In this document: positions 40,517 to 54,410 of the stretch, one piece after another
Layout: each line of letters opens with the position of its first letter
Position numbering within the stretch: position 1 is the stretch's first letter
Assembly: GCA_951406725.2 (NCBI GenBank)
Contig: OX597827.1
Span: 66,712,001-66,776,000 of the forward strand
Direction of reading: 5' to 3'
Length of the DNA stretch: 64,000 nucleotides
Origin: Octopus vulgaris
Taxonomy: Eukaryota
The notes under the pieces: model-generated
Told to the model about the DNA's origin: nothing
Databases searched by the model: none
Seen by the model: the letters and a program-made list of their open reading frames with translations, nothing else
Position numbers and translations under genes: made by a program

Positions 40517-40639
40517 GATTTCTCTTGAATGAAACAGTTCTAGTCCTGTAGAAGCTCCTTCTATATAATAAATTAATTTTACTCTGCTATGTAGTGAGTA
40601 CCTTATTTACTGTGGTTAACCCCGAATCAACCCGGGACC

Positions 40640-40676
<37 letters not shown>

Positions 40677-40729
40677 CGCTCGTTTATTAATGTACTCTTA
40701 TTTCCTATCACAATCTATAATTCTAGTAA

Positions 40730-40791
<62 letters not shown>

Positions 40792-41563
40792 CCTTCCTCT
40801 GTGTGTCTGTGTGTATGTGTGTGTGTTTGCGTGTTTTACAACATTTTTACAGCGAATTCACACCACATAAATAAGAAGAAAAAAGAAAGAGCCCAAAGAA
40901 AAAATATATATATATATCAAATAGCTTAATCCTGTCGATATGAATCAAGAAGGCGTTATCTGAGCGTTGTAAAGCTTACGCGATTGATTACCTATGTTGG
41001 AATGAATACATGATCGCGTGTGTGTATTAGGTAAGTGATTAAATATTTGTGTCTCTGTGGATTTGTGCGTGCCTCGGCGCTTTACGGGTGTGTGTTTCTC
41101 GTGTGCTTGGCAATGTGTACATCACAGTTTCTTTGTTTGTTCGATTCTTATTCATTAAAATAATAAAAATAATAATAATAAATTTTATTTCCTTAAATAT
41201 TGTTTCGAGGCAATATTATTCAATAAAGTAATGAAGAATGTAAAAAAAAATCAGAGAAAATGCAAGTGATGAAACAATGAAAGTGTAACTATCAAAGATG
41301 GAATTTTTAGATGGTGTATTTTGTTTGTTTGTTTTTTTATATTTTCTTCCGCATGTGTTTAGTGTGTACGAGAGAACGTGTCCCTCTCCCCTTCATATAT
41401 TACACCTTTTAATTCTAATTTTGTTTTTTGATGCATGTTCGTGCCTGTTCATTGGAATAATTCTGGCTCTCTTCTCACTCTTCCAGTCTCTCCCATTCTC
41501 TTCCAAACTCCCTCTCTCTTAGACACACACACATATCAGTGGATCTATCCTTGTGTGTACACA

Positions 41564-41681
<118 letters not shown>

Positions 41682-41692
41682 CATCTGTATTT

Positions 41693-41792
41693 TATCATTT
41701 TATTTGTTTCAGTCATTTAATTGCGACCATGTAGGAGCACCGTCTTTAGTCGAACAAATCGAACCCATGACTTATTCTTTCTAAGCCTAGTA
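41693..41792 (-). mobile_element. SINE family A 3' fragment
   Basis: ttttatttgtttcagtcatttaattgcgaccatgtaggagcaccg. Confidence 0.8.
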
Positions 41793-41877
41793 CATATACT
41801 ACCGCGTTTTAAAACGTTTTCTCTCTCACCTGATTTAATATAATCTCTCTTCTATTTCGAGATTTGTAGGTTGTTTA

Positions 41878-43228
41878 ATTAGAAAAATATCAAGCGATGT
41901 CTGCTTCTTCCTACCTTTCAAAATGTTACGAAATTTTACGCGCCAGAGCATGTATCACTAATTAAAGCAGCTGCACGATATGAACCTACATTTTCATGAT
42001 ATTTTTCTACAAATTAGGATACATACTGCCACTTGGCCATCACTGCATTTATGTCACTCGTAAAGATTGCATTCTCCGCTACTTTGCGTTCGCCATACTG
42101 TCCTACGCTACATTGCCAGGACATAAAACTCACGAATGGTTGGATTTTTATTTCCGGTGATTTCAAAGCACCGACAGATTAGGTGTTTGGTGTACAGTTC
42201 CTTAAAGTTAGAAATCACCTGTTGGTCTATGGGCGGGCAGGATCGGGGTGGTGTTGCTTGTAAGGACATAACTTTTATAAATCTAAATTCGTCCAGTGTA
42301 TCCTCTTCAACGTTAAGAGGGTGCGCAGAAGCACAGTCCAGGGCAAAGAGGGCCCTGAGAAGAAGATTGTTTCTCACAGGGTACTTTTTTTATTGATAAG
42401 ATTCACTCACTCGGAGAATAATTGCCTAGTGACCCAGGCTTTAATGTTTGCACTCAACATGACCAGCCACTTCCTTCAGCATTTTGTGCGAATTGAACGC
42501 TCTTTGAATGGACTTCAAGTAGCGGCTTAAACCTCAAGTATTCACTCGCATTGGCAGAAAGGGCGAGAGTTAACTTGTGGCCTGGCATTTCCTTTTTCTT
42601 TGCAGTTGTATAGATTCTTCTGAGCATTTTGTTTCAAAAAGCTGGCTAATTTCATCATAGTTGAATACCTGTAGTCAGATGTACCCCTCTGCTGCGATGA
42701 GCTGATAGAATTCACGCCGCACGAAATTTTCAGCTGCCTTCGTGTCAGAGCTCACTGCTTCTCCATAACCGACGACGCTATGAACACTAGTCCTTTTCTT
42801 GAATTAATCAAACCAGCCACGACTGAGCTGCAATTCGTCTGCCGATGTATACACCTTCGATGTTCTACAGATCTGCTTCAGGAGATCTCCATACAAGGCT
42901 CGTGCTTTCTCGCAGTTGATGGTCACCATCATCGTATCCCCTTACTTCTCGTTGATCCACAGCAGAAACAATTTTTCTATCAACTCGTTGAGAGATGTGT
43001 GTTGCTTAGAGAGCCTGGAGACATCCTTTGCTGTTGTAACAGCCTTGATCGAGTCCTTTTTCTTCAGGAAGGTGCAGACCCTCAACGTGCTCTGGTCATA
43101 CTGACGTGCTGTGTCTACTACATGCACACCTCTCTCATGTTTATCAATGATTTTCTTTTCAATTCTATTGTAACCAGCTTTCTCTCCTTTCCAGCTCTGC
43201 CCTTTGCATTAACATTCTCAGGACCCAT
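41878..43228 (-). pseudogene. Decayed Tigger/pogo-family transposase (CENP-B-type HTH + DDE)
   Basis: MGPENVNAKG...RKLVTIELK; VCTFLKKKDSIK...IEKLFLLWINEK; LDCASAHP...PIDQQVISNFKELYTKHL; C-terminal KKQTSLDIF; multiple stops and frameshifts. Confidence 0.9.
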
Positions 43229-44461
43229 TGCTAACACAACAAATTATAATAAAATGATAAATGCAAATTCGTAGCCGATTACCTCATCAGTCGGGGTCCG
43301 AAATGCCCTTGTAGTTTCGCCGCCCTTATCTCCGATATTACTCAAATCCGGCGTTTTTGATTTATCATGTGGCGCTCTGTACAATCTCTTGAAAGAGAGG
43401 AGAAAGTGAAAGGTGTATGTACGCGTGTGTGCACATGAGAGAGAGATGAGGAGAGGGAGTGAGTGAGTGAAGTTGTATGTTGTCATATATGTGTGTGTGA
43501 GTGAGTGTGTGTGTGTGTGTGTGTACAGTACAATGCAACATTATTTACAATGTCATTGGATGATTCATGAGTCTTGTTTGTTTTTCTTTCCTCTGTTCAC
43601 TTGAATCTCCTCTCCCAATATAGGAATGATGGCATCGTAGAAAAAATTTTTGTCGCTGCGACACGAAGAAATATTGTTAGACTGTGCATGATTTTAAGTT
43701 TGCAGTATAGAATTTATTGTATCTCACACGATTTGCAAACCGTGTTTTGAGTGCGATGGAATTAACTGAAATAAATCAGAAAATACACGCAATAAAATTC
43801 GGAATAAAATCCCTGATAAGGAAACAGGTTTTGGAAGTTGTGGCGGTGGTGGAATATATAATATCAAATCAGAACGAAAAAAAAATAATATTATTAGAGA
43901 GAACAAAAACTCAATAGGATTGAAAGAAAAGAGGAAACAGAGAAAATTTAACACAAAAGGGCACCATTTGAGCCACAAGAGAAATGTGTATCTCCATCCC
44001 TCCATCAATCCATCCATCCATCCATCTATACATACATATTAATTCACTCGTATATACAAACCTGTAAATATATATATATACTCGCACACACTCACACACA
44101 TATATTGATAATAATGAGGAGGATGCAGAGTCTCCACACATATAATTTTGTTAAACAGTTATTCACCGGGAAAATGCTGTAAGTAACTTTTAAATGAAAT
44201 GAGATGTGGAAAATCGCCGTTCTCCTTATTATTATTAATACCATTAATTACTTAACAGAACCGATGCAGTCCGCATTAGGACGCTAGGATTTACTCAGCG
44301 AGAACTGTTGCCAGATTATAGCAACTTATTGTTAACTTGGTTATCATTACAGGTCCATTGTGGTTAGACGGCATACGAAATAAATTTAGAGGGTAACACG
44401 GTAACCACCAAAATTATATTATTAAATTCATACATACACACCCACCCCATACACACACACC

Positions 44462-44516
<55 letters not shown>

Positions 44517-44607
44517 TTTAAATAGAAGATCAATGAAAATTAGTCAAATAAAATAATGACTAAAAATGCATGTGTTCTCAAATACCGTCCGGCACCCTGT
44601 ATGCATA

Positions 44608-44665
<58 letters not shown>

Positions 44666-45009
44666 TATATATAAATATATATATATAGAATTGTGTGCAT
44701 TTAAACACAAGACAAATTACCTTAAACAGAAGAAGCAGTCGGAACGACCGAAACCACTTTTAGGATCAATTTCGAAGGGAATGAAAAATAAAAAATTTAC
44801 CTTGTTGTATTTTTTACCTTGCTTCGGTCGTTTAGACTGCCTCTTCTAGCAAGTAAAATTACCTGTTAAAGGTAATTTCTCTTATGTTTAAAAATACACT
44901 ATTCTATATTGGGAATATGTTGTCTATTGACATTGTATACGTGCTAGACCACTGGTAGTAAAATTTCTATAAATATTCGCTGCCCTATGTATTTTACGTA
45001 TTATATATA

Positions 45010-45320
45010 CATATTCTGTTCTGCCTGGGGAGAGTCATTCTCTTTTAGTACTTATTATTTAACACACTCACCGGTAAAATTTCCACTTATTTCGTCTTTT
45101 TATTTCCATAAAATTTTTGTTGCGTCGTGCAACCTTTTCAATACTCTTTTACTAAAAGATTATAGGAAAATAAAAAGACAAAATAAGTGGAAATTTTACC
45201 GGTAAGTGTGTTAAATAATAAAGTACTAAAAGAGAATGACTCTCCCCAGACACAACAGAATATGCTTCAACACACGAACTCACATAAATAATCTTGCAAA
45301 CCGAATCCAAAAACGAAATA
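45010..45320. mobile_element. Fold-back PLE-like relic (family P6): arms 45010-45107 and 45164-45264; U3:A8 HHR-like fold at 45108-45144 (-)
   Basis: ~100-bp inverted repeat ending at (TA)n; minus strand gta-TTGAAAA-g-gttgc(acgac)gcaac-AAAAATTT-tat. Confidence 0.75.
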
Positions 45321-45323
45321 TAC

Positions 45324-45422
<99 letters not shown>

Positions 45423-45666
45423 TGTATGTGTGTGTGTTATTATTCATTTTGTATATCATTTAATAATTCATCTGCATTCATCATCCTCATCATTTATTAT
45501 TTCTTTTCTTCATCTTGAGAAAATCTGGAGTACGTCTTTAATTTCGGAGCGTATTGAACTTCTGCCGGTCACTTTCAGCTCCCCGTGTATATATGCTTGC
45601 ATGTATGTATATATGTATGTATGTATTAATATATGATAGTGTATATATATATCTGTATCTATATAT

Positions 45667-45714
<48 letters not shown>

Positions 45715-45808
45715 GTTTATGTGGATGAGGGGTGCGTGTGTGTGATTGCATATACATTTTTGTGTATATACGTAGATATGTATGTCTACAGATATATACA
45801 TATAACGA

Positions 45809-45853
<45 letters not shown>

Positions 45854-45994
45854 TTCTATCTGGGTATGCGTATGTTCAACGTCTGTCTAACTTCCTATTT
45901 ACTTATCTATCAGTCCATCTATTTACCTGTCTATCAATGTCTTTCTATCTTTCTTTCTCTCTCTCTCATTGTGTAGTATATGTATGTATGTATG

Positions 45995-46061
<67 letters not shown>

Positions 46062-46290
46062 GTATGTATATACATATAAATATATATACATATATACATA
46101 TACATATATATATACAAATACATATACATATATATATATATGCACATACATATGTTTATATATATATATATATGCATATATATATATACATATATATACA
46201 TGTATATATATTCATGTACATGCATATATATACATTTCCATATACACACAAATACACACATATATATATATATATACATATATATCTATC

Positions 46291-46353
<63 letters not shown>

Positions 46354-47211
46354 ATGCATACATATATGTTATCATCACTAGTATTATTATTATTATTATT
46401 ATTATCATCATCAAATAAACTTTACATAAAAGAGAAAATCGGATTTCTTTCCATTTAGAGCTTAGTCCATTTGTATCTGATGCATATTTCCGATGCACTA
46501 AGTATATAATTCCGCAGCTGCTCCCAGTGGAGTTCTTTATGGTTTTAATCTAGGTACAAATGTTCGACGTTTTAGGGGAACGGAAATTAAGTCCCACATT
46601 CGCATACATGTTTTTGAAGGATTTTAGTATTGTGAGCAAAATGAATATTATACGATCGAAGAATTATCTAACGTTAACTTATCGGCTAGCTATATTACTT
46701 CTTTATTTACAATGCTGTCCATTGTTTTATTGACATGATGACAAGGGTTATCCACTTAATAACATAGTGTATCAATACAACTGACTTTTACGTAGTTCAC
46801 CAGCAATAAATTTGATGTATCCGTGACTCGATTAATCTTTGTTATGCGGATGTAGGCTTTCCAAGTGAAGCAAATGGACAGGCATTTAAGCATACGCTGA
46901 TAATACTACATACACACATATGCATACATATATGTCTATCGTATTTATACATGCATGCTTATATAAGTATATATATATATATATCTATATCTATATATCA
47001 ATATATATTTATATATGTATATATATATAGACTTATATATTTGTGTATATATATATACATATATATATGTATATGCTTGTATACATAATTACAACCATAC
47101 TTACCACAGTATATACATAAACACATGCATTTATACATATATAATATGCTACATTCACACGTACATGCATGCTTACATACATATATATGTATATATATAT
47201 ATGTATGTATG

Positions 47212-47258
<47 letters not shown>

Positions 47259-48134
47259 CTGTGTGTGTATATATGCTCGTGCACTCATTCGCACACGGAT
47301 ATGCCTTGGTGAGAATACAAACGAACATGATATATTGAAGTGAAGATGCAGAACTTAAAATGTTTATTAACAACACTATATTCCTCAGAGTTTTGTACAC
47401 TCATACAATCATTTGCACCATCAGATGTTCGAAGGGCATTTTCTGAGTTGTATAGATATTTAATAATATGATTAAATGATATAACTGAATGACATTGTGT
47501 AACAAGAATACCAGAATTGTATAAGAAATCGCAAATGAGATACACCTGTTTGAAATGAATAACAAAATAATTTTGCTTTCCTTGTTGCATGGCCCAAAGT
47601 CATCCGTTGACGTCTTACTGAATACTACCTTATTAAGAGGAAAAAATATTCCGAGGTGGAGGTATACAAATATCTGGAATTAAAACAATGATTAATTTAT
47701 CGAATTATCAGAGTTTTATATCAGTGAGGTGAAATGTGAAATCAGCAGAATGTTGCAAACAAACAAGGTAAATGTCGTTCTAGTAATCAGATAAGGTGTG
47801 GTGATAATGAATGGGGAACATACCAAAATGAATAGAGATTATCGCTGTGTTAAATAGAGATATTGCACTGTGTTTGCTTAAGGAAAAGATCTAAAATATT
47901 ACGAAGAACACTCGGAGGTAGATTAACGAAAATGAGCAGAAGTGTTAAGAATTATGCCATTTGACATGCAAGTCTCTATATTAAAGCACGCAATCGAAAC
48001 AAAATATTAACCAGGTTATTATACCATTCTGTGAAAGCACCAACAAGAATAATCGCTTCTGAATTAAGTATAGAGATACCAAATTTGATGGAAGGAGTTA
48101 GTTGTTATCATTGACCCCAGTCAGTGCTTGATTG

Positions 48135-48534
48135 CTTCTTATTTCTTCCTTGCCCACAAGAGAACAGACAAAGTGATTAAGTCGATTACATCGACCTCAG
48201 TGCATAACTGGTACATATTCAATCGACCCCGAAAGGATGAAAGGCAAACTCGACCTCGGCGGAATTTGATCTCAGAGCATAGCGGCAGACGAAATACCTA
48301 TTTCTTTACTACCCGCAAGTGGCTAAACACACAGAGAACAAACAAGGACAGACAAAGGGATTAAGTCGATTATATCGACCCCAGTGCGTAACTGGTACTT
48401 AATTTATCGACTCCGAAAGGATGAAATGCAAACTCGACCTCGGCGGAATTTGAACTCAGAACGTAACGGTAGACGAAATACCGCTAAGCATTTCGCCTGG
48501 CACGATAACGTTTCTGCCAGCTCGTCGCCTTATC
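48135..48534 (-). mobile_element. SINE family B dimer with 11-bp TSD
   Basis: TSD gtgcttgattg at 48124-48134 and 48535-48545; junction gaaatacc|tatttcttt near 48298. Confidence 0.9.
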
Positions 48535-49912
48535 GTGCTTGATTGTTCCATTGATGTAACCAGAACGGATCAAATCCTAAATTAAACTCAGTGGGATTTG
48601 AACTGAGAATTGCCTTTTGTATACTTGAGGACTCTACACTACCTCCTCCCGCAACCTCCCAGGAATGGTGGACGTTGAAGAAAATAACCACGAATGTATG
48701 AATAGCAACTACTTTAAAGTTAATATAGCAGTAAGGATTTCAAGAACTTAATATGTTTGATAAATTCATGAATACGATAAAAATTTACATTAAGCTCATT
48801 TAAAAAAAAAAATATCATTGACGTTTTCAATAGTTTTCTCTCTAATTATTTTCAGGTATATTATTACCGAATATACAAGAAATATCACTGGGGAATCGGT
48901 CTGGTGTTCTTTATTGTGTTTCTTCCTGAACTAAAGCTACGGTAGCGCCATTAATATACCATATATCATCTGATCTCTAGCTGTATGCTCAACTAAATCA
49001 TTTGCCCTTTGTTCGCATATACGTTACTTCCTCTCACAAAATACGTCAATATAGTTGCCCTCAAGTATCAATGAAAATATTTACATACACATGCACATGC
49101 ACATGCAATCACACACGTGAGCACACACATACACAAGTACATAAACACACGCACACAAACAAAAAAATGTATATAAGCACACACGCACAGACATGTGCAC
49201 ACATAAACACGTGCACACACAAACATACACACAGACAGAGAGAAACACCCACACAGATGTATGTACAGCAAAATATGCTTAAAATTCAAGCGGACACTTT
49301 ATGAGCACTCGGTCAGAATAAAATTTGGCTAACTAAATGTGAAAACCATTTCAATCTACATCAGCCGTAAGATTACATTCCGCTTTCTGTACAATCTATG
49401 AATCCAAGGTTTTAATATCAAATCATTTTAGTATACGGTTACAGAATATAGTAGAAAAGCACAAGATAATGGCGGATTATACGTAGTTTAATCAGTTTAC
49501 GCGAGTTTCTGATAGATAAGTAAATTGCAAAACATTGCAAGGCCTTAATCATGCGTAATAAGGCAATGCTGCACAATGCTGCACCACAGAGTTCATAGCT
49601 GCCGTTCCATTCTTGTAGCTGGGCTCAGTATTCAGGATACTATGGGATTCTTTACAATATGTTGTTCTCACCACTTAAACCTTTAGACAGAGCAAGTGAA
49701 ATTGTGTGAAGGGAAATTAAAATTCAACCACAACAACAATAATAATTATAACGTGATAACAATAAGAAGACTGTCCCCCCTTCTATATATATATATATGT
49801 TTATGTATATACATATATACAAATAACTATACATACATATACATACATATATATTCATATGTACATCTATGTATATATATATATATATGTGTGTGTGTAT
49901 GTATATGTGTAT

Positions 49913-49941
49913 ATAATAATAATAATAACAATAATAATAAT

Positions 49942-49972
<31 letters not shown>

Positions 49973-50060
49973 AGAAGGAGAAGAAGAAGAAGAAGAAGAA
50001 GAAGAAGAAGAAGAAGAAGAACAACAACAACAACAACAACAACAACACCAGCAACAACGA
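49913..50060. repeat. Compound triplet microsatellite (AAT)n(AAG)n(AAC)n
   Basis: Directly visible. Confidence 0.95.
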
Positions 50061-50196
50061 TAATAAATGCAAGAGTCTAAATATACAGATCATTTAAATA
50101 CAGACCTAAGTTAATATATTTGGGTACATTAATCTTTACTCTATTCTGGAAGGGTTTTATAAATGCTTCTAAACAATTGTCTGTAAAATTTTTATA

Positions 50197-50434
50197 CAGG
50201 ATGTCCCAAAAAGACGTACTCACTTTTTGACTTCCCAGTATTCATGCAATTTTTTGTTCAAGTAGATGTTTATTGATATACATACAATCCTAAAAAGTTA
50301 AATTCAATTCAGGAAAATAAACTGGTGTAGAAATGATTATTTATTGTCATTTAGAATTATTTAATGTTCTCTCTCATTCCTGCAAATTAGTAATCGTCTG
50401 TCAAAGAATGAGTATATCTTTTTGGGACACCCTG
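50197..50434. mobile_element. Tc1/mariner-type MITE
   Basis: ta|caggatgtcccaaaaagacgtactca ... tgagtatatctttttgggacaccctg|ta. Confidence 0.88.
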
Positions 50435-50875
50435 TATTTTATTTAATATGCAAGGCTTCACATAAAATTAATTAAAGACGAGGAGTTTTCTTTTACACTA
50501 TATTTAAATGAGGAAACAGATCAACCAGATTTAGTGCCATCTGCTTTTCTTAAAATGTTCTTCATTTGAAGTAGTATGCCGTACATTTAATAAGGGTAAG
50601 ATGATATTTTTGTATTTATAACTACGAAAATTATATATCCCTTAAATTCATATATGCATGTATGTATATGTGTCTGTAGAGACTTTGGTGATCAAATACA
50701 GCGCTGATTGGTATGCATGATGACTGGATCACAGAAGTTTGGAATTTACCAGTTTATCCGAAACGTCAGCTGATTGAAGAAACTATAATTCTCCATTCTA
50801 CTATACTATGACCTTATACGATAAATGTGTGTATATATGTGTGTGTATGTGTGTGAATACATGCACACGCACGAA

Positions 50876-50906
<31 letters not shown>

Positions 50907-51213
50907 AGATGGGGCAATAAGGCAAAGCATCCAGACAGGTGATACAAAAAAGGGACAATAAAACATCAAGATAGACGATACAAAGAAAACAAGGACGAAA
51001 ATAACGGAGAATGTTATACAAGTACAAATAACAGGAGATAACAACAGGAGTCTTTCGACTAAGGACGAATTGAATTAAGCTGTCATGTGTGGAAATAAGC
51101 CTTACGGCAGGGATATGACATTTAACAGGCACAGAAAGGGATATAGATGTTGCACAGACGACGACCGAACAAATAAAGAAACATCACGCTTGGCCGAACA
51201 CCGGTCATGTAGG

Positions 51214-51253
<40 letters not shown>

Positions 51254-52419
51254 AGGCAGAGGAACAGAAGAATTAAGGAGGGGCGAGAAAAAGACAAGGA
51301 CACAGTGAAGTGAAAAGAGGAGGGAAAGTGAGCAAGAAGAGAAGGCAGGGAAATGTGAGAGGGGGAACGAAAGAACGAAGAGTGGAATGAACGAATAAGC
51401 GTAAAAGGGCTTTTTTTATAATATTCGCAATGTCAGAACCATATATGTAAAGATACAAATCATGTTAGTTTTAGTTCTTTTTAGCTCGTGGCGATATAGC
51501 GATGAAAAGAAACTTAAATACCTTCTTACAATTACAATTGTACATCTAACTGCTTTGACCTCTTTTCATGCTTCACTATAATACAGCCATTTTCAATTTC
51601 TAAAGGATGAGAAAAAATAGAGTAATATTCCTCTGAGACATTGGTTTTTTAGCATATGGAACTCTTTGAAAGTAAAAATAAAAACTAAATGCCTCCTACA
51701 CATGTTATCTTCAAATCTTCATCATCGTCATCATCATTATCATTATCATTATCAACATTCTCAGAATGGGTAACAGAACATATCATAATTCACATTAATA
51801 TCTTTCACTCATTATCATTGTCTCAATCGATAAAGCTATCACCGTCATCATCTTATGTATTGTATTAGCCGTCGTCGTCATCGCCGTCACCGTCGACCTT
51901 ATCTACATCAAGAGCAGCAACAAAACACCTCACAAATGTTTGTATTTACTTCTATCTCTTCATGCTCCTTCTCCCCTTTTCCTCTCTTTCTTCTCTTATT
52001 TTTCTACTTCCTCCCTCCTCTCCTCCTCTCCTGGTTCTTATCTTCCCGCCACACAGCATTGTTATCTTAGATTTATTATACTAAATTGCTGTTAAGTAAT
52101 AAATGTCGTTTATGTTTATGTTATGAATAATTAAGGAAATCTACATAACATCTAATACCCGTTGAAAGCGAAATAAATGACTAGATAAATAAATAAAGAA
52201 AGGAAGAAAGAAAGAAAGAAATGATATGGAAATATATTAAAGTAAATTGCAAATAAATTAAACAAGCGCTAAAACGTGAAGTGTAAATAGATTAGAAATT
52301 GAAATGGAAGATTAAGAAAGACAAAAAAATAAAATGGTAAGAATATTTTAACACCTCAGTGACACATTCAAGAAGGAAAATTATCAATAGTAAGATTAGC
52401 GAAAAATCAAGAGAATTAT

Positions 52420-52560
52420 AAACATTCTCCTCTTTTTCCTCCTCATCTTCGTCGGCCTCTTTTTCCTCCTCATCTTCGTCGGCCTCTTCCTCATACTGCT
52501 CCTCCTCCTCCTCCACCTCATAATCACCACCACCAATACCACCACCATCATAATTATCGC

Positions 52561-52598
<38 letters not shown>

Positions 52599-52875
52599 CC
52601 ATGGTCATCGTCATCGTCATCCTCATCATAGTCGTCATCAGTTTCATAACCAACAGCAATATATCACTCCACCTTCTCCTCCTCCTCACCACGACCACCA
52701 TCACTACCCCCACCATCTTCATCAGCATCGTCATCATCGTCGTCATCGTCATCGTCATTATCTTCATCAACATTTTCACAACCAGCAGCAATCTATCGCT
52801 CCACTTCATCATCATCATCATCAGCAGCAGCAGCAGCACCAACATCACCACCACCACCACTAGCGGCATCAGCGT
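52420..52875. repeat. Low-complexity (CAT/CAC/CCT)n region with a 27-bp duplication
   Basis: Degenerate triplets; cctctttttcctcctcatcttcgtcgg occurs twice. Confidence 0.9.
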
Positions 52876-52917
52876 GTTAATTAATATGAACGCCATATAA
52901 TTTGCCCTGTATATGGA

Positions 52918-53042
<125 letters not shown>

Positions 53043-53561
53043 CGCATTTCGTCAGAAGAGATTTCCCCTTTCATAACTGCAAAGGTTCCTCTAGTTAACT
53101 AAACAATGGAGGCATCCGTTATCTTGAGGATTAACCTTACATCAAAACTCATGTAGCAGAAAATAATGGTTTCATATTTTGGCATCCCGAAAGGATGAAG
53201 GGCAAAGTCGAACTCGGCGACATTTCAACTTAGAACCTAAAGATGTAAGAAGTATTTCAAATTTTGAAGCAGGACAATCATAGATGTGACACAAAGAGAG
53301 GAAATCATCACCGTGTCTCGATATATGTACTTTCCGAACAATGCTGCTGTAATTACCCAGCAGGCATTTCAGTAGCCAAGGATTCTACCATCACGTTATA
53401 CGAAATCAAGTTAGCGCCAAGTGACTAATATCATGACCAAAACCTTATTTGGGTTCAAATTAAAGGAATAAAATGTCACAGCGCTACGCAATCACAAGAT
53501 TCAGTTAGCACAACAGAAAATATTAGAAATGGTGCAACAGAAAAGATTGTTTGTGTGTATT

Positions 53562-53984
53562 TGTTATTTCTTCATTGCCCACAAGGGGCTAAACATAGAG
53601 GGGACAAACAAGGAGATACAAAGAGATTAAGTCGATTATATCGACCCCAGTGTGTAACTGGTACTTAATTTATCGACCCCGAAATGATGAAAGGCAAAGT
53701 CGACCTCGGCGGAATTTGAACTCAGAACGTAACGGCAGACGAAATACCAATTTTTTTTACTACCCACAAGTGGCTACACACACAGGGGACGAACAAGGAC
53801 AGACAAACGGATTAAGTCAATTATATCGACCCCAGCGCGTAATTGGTACTTATTTAATCGACCGCGAAAGGATGAAAGGCAAAGTTGACCTCGGCGGAAT
53901 TTGAACTCAGAACATAACGGCAGACGAAATACAGCTACGCATTTCGCCCGGTGTGCTAGCGTTTCTGCCAGCTCGCCGCCTTAA
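53562..53984 (-). mobile_element. SINE family B dimer
   Basis: Two units joined at gaaatacc|aattttttttac (~53748); possible TSD tgtgtgtat. Confidence 0.9.
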
Positions 53985-54150
53985 TGTGTGTATATTTGTG
54001 TGTATGTGTTCATATGCAGGTATGAACTTCACAAATACTGTTCTAGAAGGGAAAGGTATTAATAAACTCATTACAAGATTCATGCAAATACTATTAGCGT
54101 GCTGAAATATTGCCTTTTGTGGATATCCTTTTATTTTTTTTGTTACACAG

Positions 54151-54410
54151 ATTTTTAATATTCTCCCAAAGAGTCTGAGGAACTTGCACAAAGTAGATGT
54201 AGCGGTTTTTAAATCAAAGCTGGACATATTCCTGTTGGGAGTCCCAGATGAACCTACCTCACGGCAAGAGGTGCAAATGAGAGTAGCTATATCAAACTCC
54301 ATTCTTGACCAAGTGCCACATATTAGACGAGGTTCTTCGCAATAACAGTGTGGCACAAAACGGCGGTGCATCAGCATGGCCGCAGCTCTGAGCTGAAACT
54401 AGAGAAAAAA
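54151..54410 (+). mobile_element. 5'-truncated LINE 3' end (CR1/L2 group)
   Basis: FNILPKSLRNLHKVDVAVFKSKLDIFLLGVPDEPTSRQEVQMRVAISNSILDQVP; tail gcggtgcatcagcatggccgcagctctgagctgaaacta. Confidence 0.85.

Noticed and set aside
44720-44850. 27-bp inverted repeat with CAGAAGA...gtc/gac-cGAAAC
   Set aside because: It may be another decayed fold-back, but helix III and NUH are missing, so it is too degenerate to call.
47310-47545. Minus-strand open frame after an acceptor-like ttcaaacag
   Set aside because: No recognisable domain and no good GT donor; it cannot be supported as an exon.
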